In this document: positions 48,863 to 53,391 of the stretch, piece by piece
Layout: each line of letters begins with the position of its first letter
Position numbering within the stretch: the first letter of the stretch is position 1
Assembly: GCA_013202585.1 (NCBI GenBank)
Contig: JABMPQ010000038.1
Location: forward strand, 1 to 53,391
Length of the DNA: 53,391 bases
Direction: 5' to 3'
DNA from: Parcubacteria group bacterium
GTDB lineage: Bacteria > Patescibacteriota > JABMPQ01
Notes under the pieces: model-generated
What the model was told of the DNA's origin: nothing
What the model saw: the letters and a program-made list of their open reading frames with translations, nothing else
The model's database searches: none
Program-made: the position numbers and the translations under genes

Positions 48863-50029
48863 TTATTTTGTTTTTAAATTTTTCTCTTCCGCTATCTGAT
48901 CCAGCTCGGCTAAATAACTATCAACAATTTGTACCTTGAGTAGATATGCTAGTTCGGCATAACCATTCATGATCGCAATAGCGCCGTCTTGGTTAACGGT
49001 AGTTGAACCACCATTATTATTTATTTCTTCTGCTAAGTATTCGGAGCGTCGCAAGGAAGCGACAATTTTTTTATGCAAACCGATGATTCTTTCTTCTCGC
49101 GGTACTTCCAAGGCCTCAACTTGATCCAGAGAGTTAGAAATTGCGACAGTGAATTGGTACATTAGTGAACTACCGACACCACTTGTCGAGAGCATATCAT
49201 AGCTACTAGCCTGCTCTTGGAAATTAAAGCTCTGATACAAAATATTGCCCATAGTGGTGATATAGTCCCGCACTTGCTCATCACTAGTGCCAGCCGCAAT
49301 TTTAATCTCACTCTCTGCAATCTCTGCTAACTGTACCTGGCCAGCCACCGTTTCTACATTGTCTTGCGACTGGATATAATTGGTCATGTCATCTTGCAAA
49401 GATCCAACGTCCTGAGCAGAAAAAGCATCTTCTAAATAGCTAACTTGCTGTCTATCTGTCTGGCTTACCTCTAAGACATTATCTTCGCTAGCCCCATCAC
49501 TATCACTGTCGTTATCGTTGTCCAAGTTTGTTTCTGCTGAACGGCCATCTTGGTCGGCATTAGCCACCGCGTTGATCGCCACGTAATCAGATAAATCAGC
49601 TTGCAACGGATCATGGCCAGAAGCAATTTCTTCGCCGTCACCATAGCCATCAAAATCAGAATCGGCCAAGCGGGGATCAGTGCCGTATCTATCCTCGTCC
49701 TTGCCAACTAGTCCATCTTGATCAAGATCAACATCATCATCGGATTGGATTTGCAAGGGGTTAAAACCATTCTTTACCTCTTCACCATCAAGATGACTAT
49801 CACCATCGGAATCAGCGTTATAAATGTTGGTGCCCAGTTCTCTCTCTTGGTCATCTGATAATCCATCATTATCGGAATCGATTCCCTCAGTCATAATAGT
49901 AGCAACTTTTTTACCATCCTTATCTCCCTGTCCAAAATCAATTTTCTTAGCAATCACAAAACCACTGATTGATATAATCGAAATCACTACCACAACAATT
50001 ACCGACAACTTAAAACGTTTCGATTGCAT
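48863..50029 (-). CDS. Membrane-anchored protein with thrombospondin type 3-like Ca-binding repeats
   Basis: Two units of D.D.DGL....E...GT....AD.D.D...DGEE...G..PL after an N-terminal TM. Confidence 0.75.
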   Translation of the reverse strand: MQSKRFKLSVIVVVVISIISISGFVIAKKIDFGQGDKDGKKVATIMTEGIDSDNDGLSDDQERELGTNIYNADSDGDSHLDGEEVKNGFNPLQIQSDDDVDLDQDGLVGKDEDRYGTDPRLADSDFDGYGDGEEIASGHDPLQADLSDYVAINAVANADQDGRSAETNLDNDNDSDSDGASEDNVLEVSQTDRQQVSYLEDAFSAQDVGSLQDDMTNYIQSQDNVETVAGQVQLAEIAESEIKIAAGTSDEQVRDYITTMGNILYQSFNFQEQASSYDMLSTSGVGSSLMYQFTVAISNSLDQVEALEVPREERIIGLHKKIVASLRRSEYLAEEINNNGGSTTVNQDGAIAIMNGYAELAYLLKVQIVDSYLAELDQIAEEKNLKTK

Positions 50030-50062
50030 TGTTTATTTTCTGGCTACTAATGAATCAGACTT

Positions 50063-50091
50063 ATTATAGTACAAATACTAAATAGTGACAA
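50063..50091 (-). promoter_or_regulatory. Promoter of the T4SS-like operon (TTGTCA-17-TATAAT)
   Basis: Near-consensus -35 and -10 boxes upstream of ATG 50029. Confidence 0.7.
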
Positions 50092-50137
50092 ACGTTAACT
50101 GGTTTTCCCTGTTAACAGATGGCTATTTTAAGCCAAG

Positions 50138-50179
50138 TGTTGATAACTTGTTGCAAAATAGTCTATTTTTTGTGGATAA
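50138..50179 (-). promoter_or_regulatory. Two DnaA-box-like sites (TTATCCACA 50171-50179 perfect; TTATCAACA 50138-50146 one mismatch)
   Basis: Match to the established DnaA box TTATCCACA; same orientation, 33 bp apart. Confidence 0.4.
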
Positions 50180-51035
50180 CTACGGAGTTGTAAAGTTTTT
50201 CCCACTCGTTTAAGGAAAAAGTTTCCGCTCTTCTGGTCGGATCAAGATTGGCCGACACTAATATTTTCTGGGCTTCCTGGCCGGAAATTTTATAGCCAGC
50301 AGCTAAATTATTATGCAGTTGTTTACGTCGACTAGCAAAGCTGATTTTCAGGAGGCGAAAAAAATTCTCAATATCGTCGACTTTGATTGCTGGTTGAGGA
50401 TAGACTTTGATTTTTAGTATAGCTGCTTCCACTGCCGGCGGCGGATAGAAAGACCTTCTATCTACAACGGTAATTATCTTGGGCTCACCATAAAATTGAA
50501 CCGATAGAGATAAGAGGCTGTGGTCACCAGGCTCAGCCACCACCCGCTTGGCTACTTCTTTTTGGACAATTAGAATCAGCTCAGTGGGTTTTGCCTCTGC
50601 TTCCAAAATGAATCTTAAAAAATGCGAAGTGATATAAAAGGGTAGGTTGGCGACGATTTTGTAGTTACGGTCTCCTAGACCAGCAGTGATAAAATCTAAT
50701 TTGAAAATGTCCTGGGATAATATTTCGATATTTTCTTGCCGGCTGAATCTTTTGTTTAAGTGTGTGGCTAATTGCCTGTCTTTTTCAACAGCCAATACTC
50801 GGTCGGCCCTGCCTGCCGGCAGGCAGGCTTGTTCGGCGATCGCCTCCGTCAACGCTCCTAGACCCGGACCAACTTCTAAAATTGTATCCTGTTGGTTGAC
50901 GTCAGCAGCAGCGATCATTTTAGTCACTACCGATTGATCAATTAAAAAATTCTGGCCGAGTCTTTTGTTGACAGATAGACCTTCGGCTCGTAATAATTGT
51001 TTTATTTCCTTTATGTTGTGAAAATAAGTGGTCAT
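50163..51035 (-). CDS. rsmA: 16S rRNA m6,6A dimethyltransferase with a 7-aa palindrome-derived insertion
   Basis: LGQNFLID, LEVGPGLGALT, VANLPF, QKEVAKR, F.PPPAVE and RRKQL motifs. Confidence 0.95.
   Translation of the reverse strand: MTTYFHNIKEIKQLLRAEGLSVNKRLGQNFLIDQSVVTKMIAAADVNQQDTILEVGPGLGALTEAIAEQACLPAGRADRVLAVEKDRQLATHLNKRFSRQENIEILSQDIFKLDFITAGLGDRNYKIVANLPFYITSHFLRFILEAEAKPTELILIVQKEVAKRVVAEPGDHSLLSLSVQFYGEPKIITVVDRRSFYPPPAVEAAILKIKVYPQPAIKVDDIENFFRLLKISFASRRKQLHNNLAAGYKISGQEAQKILVSANLDPTRRAETFSLNEWEKLYNSVVIHKK
50808..50827. repeat. Perfect 20-bp palindrome CCTGCCTGCCGGCAGGCAGG inserted in rsmA
   Basis: Self-complementary; 18/20 identical to 7217-7236. Confidence 0.9.
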
Positions 51036-51140
51036 TTAATTCATCTTATCAATTATTGGTTGGCTTGGTACATTTATAGAGGTTGTTGACTTGGTGTGTT
51101 TTCGAAGCATACCAGAACAGCTACTACAAACTTTAAACAC

Positions 51141-52643
51141 ATGCAGATCAAAACCTTCATCAAAAAACTAGAGGGCACTAAGCTATCATTCTGGCAATTT
51201 TTAATTGCGCTGGTGTCGATAGCTGCGTTGCGAATTTTTGCCGAGACATTTTCTGATCTCGATAACCGTTGGCAGATATTGCCACCCGATTCTTTTATTC
51301 ATTATTGTCTGTGGTTCATCTTAACATTTCTTACTATATCTTTGGTACTAGTTATTGCCACACGCGAGAAAGTGGTAACAGTGCTAAAGATGCAAATCAT
51401 GTTTTTTCCGATAATCTTGCTGGCTCCGTTTATTGATTTAATTGTTAGTAGTGGATTGGGAGCAAATATTGCTTATATTATGGGGCGGGACATGGCCGAG
51501 CTGGGACGAATGTTCCTCACTTATTTCGGCTCGTTGGATAATTTTGAAATATCGATTGGGATGCGGCTAGAATTGGTGTTGGCCTGTTTCTTTGCTGCTT
51601 ACTATGTTTATTTAAAAAGGGGGAAAGTGTGGCCGACTGTGCTGGCTCCTTTCCTGGTCTATACTATCGCTTTTGTCTATTTAGCTTTACCTAATATTAT
51701 TCTACCACTGGGCGATTTAGAATATGACGATAAATTATTCTCGTTTCTAATCTTGGTTCTTACTTTATTAAGCTTACTCGTTTTATTTTTGCTTTACAGT
51801 CGGCAAAAATTTATTGCCTGCTGGAAAAACGCCCGGCCCTACCGCATCGTTCATTACCAAGCTATGTTATTAGGGGGTCTGTTGCTAGGCAAAGTGCTGC
51901 TCGGTTATGAAATAGTGGGTTGGCAATTGGCGGCAGCAATGATAGCTCTACTATTAGCTTGGCTGGCTCAGGTTGGCCTCAACGACCTTAGTGATACTAG
52001 AATCGATGCCATTTCCAATCAAGATCGTCCTTTAATCAAGAAAACGCTCACTGTCCCAGAATACAAAATCATCACTGTCATCTTAACTCTGCTGGCTCTA
52101 TTACTTGCCTACACCGTATCCTATTACTACCTGATTTTCATAGCCGTATTCATGATAATTTATACTATTTACTCCTGGCCACCTTTGCGCTTAAAGCGCG
52201 TGCCGGTGCTGTCGATTTTCCTGATTGCCGGTGCTGCTCTGGTCATTCTCATGGCCGGCTTCTCTCTGCCCGACCATAAATATTTAACTTCCTTGCCTCC
52301 TTATACTATCGCTCTAATTCTGATCGCTTTCTCCTTGGCCGCTCATGTCAAAGACGTTAAAGACATCGCTGGTGATAAAGCAGCTGGCATTCTCACTATA
52401 CCGACTATGCTTGGCGCGCGCGCAGGCAAAAAAGTAGTGGGAATTTTAGTGGGAATTTCGTATTTGTCTGTCGTCTTAATAATCCCTCGTTTTTTTGGTT
52501 GGTTACTGTTGGTAGCTATTATCGGCGGCGTCATTAATTACTGGCTAATCAACCGGAAAAACTATCAGGAGAAGTACGTGTTTATTACTTACTTCATTTT
52601 CTTGGTGATTTTGATTTATTATTTGGGGAAGATTTATATTTAG
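51141..52643 (+). CDS. UbiA-family prenyltransferase with an extra N-terminal membrane domain
   Basis: NDLSDTRID..N..RPL, YSWPPLRLKR and KDVKDIAGDKAAGI.T motifs; ATG 51141. Confidence 0.85.
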   Translation: MQIKTFIKKLEGTKLSFWQFLIALVSIAALRIFAETFSDLDNRWQILPPDSFIHYCLWFILTFLTISLVLVIATREKVVTVLKMQIMFFPIILLAPFIDLIVSSGLGANIAYIMGRDMAELGRMFLTYFGSLDNFEISIGMRLELVLACFFAAYYVYLKRGKVWPTVLAPFLVYTIAFVYLALPNIILPLGDLEYDDKLFSFLILVLTLLSLLVLFLLYSRQKFIACWKNARPYRIVHYQAMLLGGLLLGKVLLGYEIVGWQLAAAMIALLLAWLAQVGLNDLSDTRIDAISNQDRPLIKKTLTVPEYKIITVILTLLALLLAYTVSYYYLIFIAVFMIIYTIYSWPPLRLKRVPVLSIFLIAGAALVILMAGFSLPDHKYLTSLPPYTIALILIAFSLAAHVKDVKDIAGDKAAGILTIPTMLGARAGKKVVGILVGISYLSVVLIIPRFFGWLLLVAIIGGVINYWLINRKNYQEKYVFITYFIFLVILIYYLGKIYI

Positions 52644-52667
52644 CCAGCCAGAAAGCTCCGCTGCCAA

Positions 52668-52694
52668 TAAAAAAAAGACACGTAGTGTGTCTTT
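52668..52694. terminator. Terminator between convergent genes (T-run on the - strand)
   Basis: AAAAAAAGACAC-GTAGT-GTGTCTTT. Confidence 0.7.
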
Positions 52695-52730
52695 GGGAAG
52701 GTGCTAGTTGCGTGATGGGAAATTGTCCCT

Positions 52731-53270
52731 CTAGGCGGTAAGCTTCCCCTCGTACAGCATTTGTTCGAGAGTTATCACTCTATCCCCCCAGATGCCGTCA
52801 TGTCTGTCACCGTAGACCACAACCAAACGATCCAACAACACTTCAAGTCTCTGACAAAGTTTTGGGAAACTATCGCCGAGATAGTTCTTTCGAAGCAGGG
52901 GGTACAAGACCGCGTAGCCAGCTATGAGTCCTGGCGCCGGTTGGGGATCATGTTCGCTAACCGGCTGACAGGTAGTAGGATTCCAGTTCTCCCAGCCTCC
53001 AATCCGCTTCTCCGCCGCCTTGACGTAGCAACGCTCGAAGTTGTCCAGACCGTGCTGGAACAACAACGTGTATGCCGCTGTGATCACTCCACGATCAGCA
53101 GGATAACCCTCGTTATGAAGCTTGCTGAGGTCACTCACTGTAGTTGTGAAGTCCAAGGGAGTAATCACCGTTTTACTTAGATCCTTCGTGAATCGGACAG
53201 CAACGCCAGTGGCTAACCTGGCCAACCTATTCAGGCCGCTGGCTACCACCGTCTCTGATATATTTTCCAC
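52731..53270 (-). CDS. Orphan hypothetical protein, GC-richer than its neighbours; GTG start
   Basis: AGGAGG SD at 53281-53276; the ORF-track start at 53351 is the TTG of the -35 box. Confidence 0.6.
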   Translation of the reverse strand: MENISETVVASGLNRLARLATGVAVRFTKDLSKTVITPLDFTTTVSDLSKLHNEGYPADRGVITAAYTLLFQHGLDNFERCYVKAAEKRIGGWENWNPTTCQPVSEHDPQPAPGLIAGYAVLYPLLRKNYLGDSFPKLCQRLEVLLDRLVVVYGDRHDGIWGDRVITLEQMLYEGKLTA

Positions 53271-53322
53271 TCTCGCCTCCTCGTGTTTTTGTGCCGCTAG
53301 GTCTATCCTAGCGCAACAGTAT

Positions 53323-53351
53323 ACCTTATAGTCCCTGACTGTCTTTGTCAA
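53323..53351 (-). promoter_or_regulatory. Promoter (TTGACA-17-TAAGGT)
   Basis: Perfect -35 and 17-nt spacer; the leader contains the hairpin GCTAGG-ATAGA-CCTAGC. Confidence 0.6.
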
Positions 53352-53371
53352 TAAATATCTTTAGCGTCGCC

Positions 53372-53391
53372 TTCAAAACCTATTGCCCCAC
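53372..53391 (-). repeat. Inverted copy of 91-110, running off the window end
   Basis: TTCAAAACCTATTGCCCCAC is the reverse complement of 91-110. Confidence 0.9.

Noticed and set aside
30413..50029. Integrative conjugative element or prophage
   Set aside because: No integrase, relaxase, att repeats or phage structural genes are visible; composition is host-like and the flanks are housekeeping genes.
50092..50179. Replication origin (oriC)
   Set aside because: There are only two DnaA-like boxes in a short spacer, no dnaA/dnaN nearby and no clear unwinding element. Kept only as a possible regulatory site.
1248..53331. Numerous short antisense or overlapping ORFs in the six-frame track
   Set aside because: They are shadows of well-supported genes on the opposite strand or in other frames, with no motifs or expression signals.
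53271..53351. N-terminal 27 aa of the ORF-track 206-aa protein
   Set aside because: The TTG start is the -35 box of a promoter; the SD supports GTG at 53270.

Overview
This is a 53.4 kb chromosomal segment, possibly a whole contig, most likely from a Patescibacteria (CPR, Parcubacteria/ABY1-like) genome. That inference rests on the stand-alone rpoB-rpoC operon, compact and mostly SD-less genes, the CPR-type pilins and VirB4 cluster, and code 11. Housekeeping genes include gpmI, rnhB, a PMM/PGM, tsaD, a FemAB-like transferase, ruvA, rpoC, rpoB, uvrA, radA, rsmA, a UbiA-like prenyltransferase, tRNA-Arg(TCG) and tRNA-Ala(GGC). A 14-gene, about 19.6 kb minus-strand operon (50029->30413) encodes a monoderm-conjugation-like type IV secretion system: VirB4, PrgI/VirB3, VirB6, a VirB8-like protein, pilins, beta-propellers and Ca-binding adhesins. 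No relaxase, VirD4 or integrase is visible. Five observations stand out. (1) One VirB2-like pilin is fused to both an SGNH esterase and a lytic transglycosylase. (2) A GIY-YIG nuclease sits among duplicated, palindrome-interrupted tRNA fragments, and related mini-palindromes recur across the window, including in frame inside rsmA. (3) Four GC-rich orphan genes each have their own promoter, strong Shine-Dalgarno site and terminator, and two resemble myxobacterial secreted proteins. (4) A promoter-driven 142-nt multibranched RNA structure lies at 172-313. (5) A 20-bp sequence is shared, inverted, by both window ends. All calls come from reading motifs by eye; no database searches were run.
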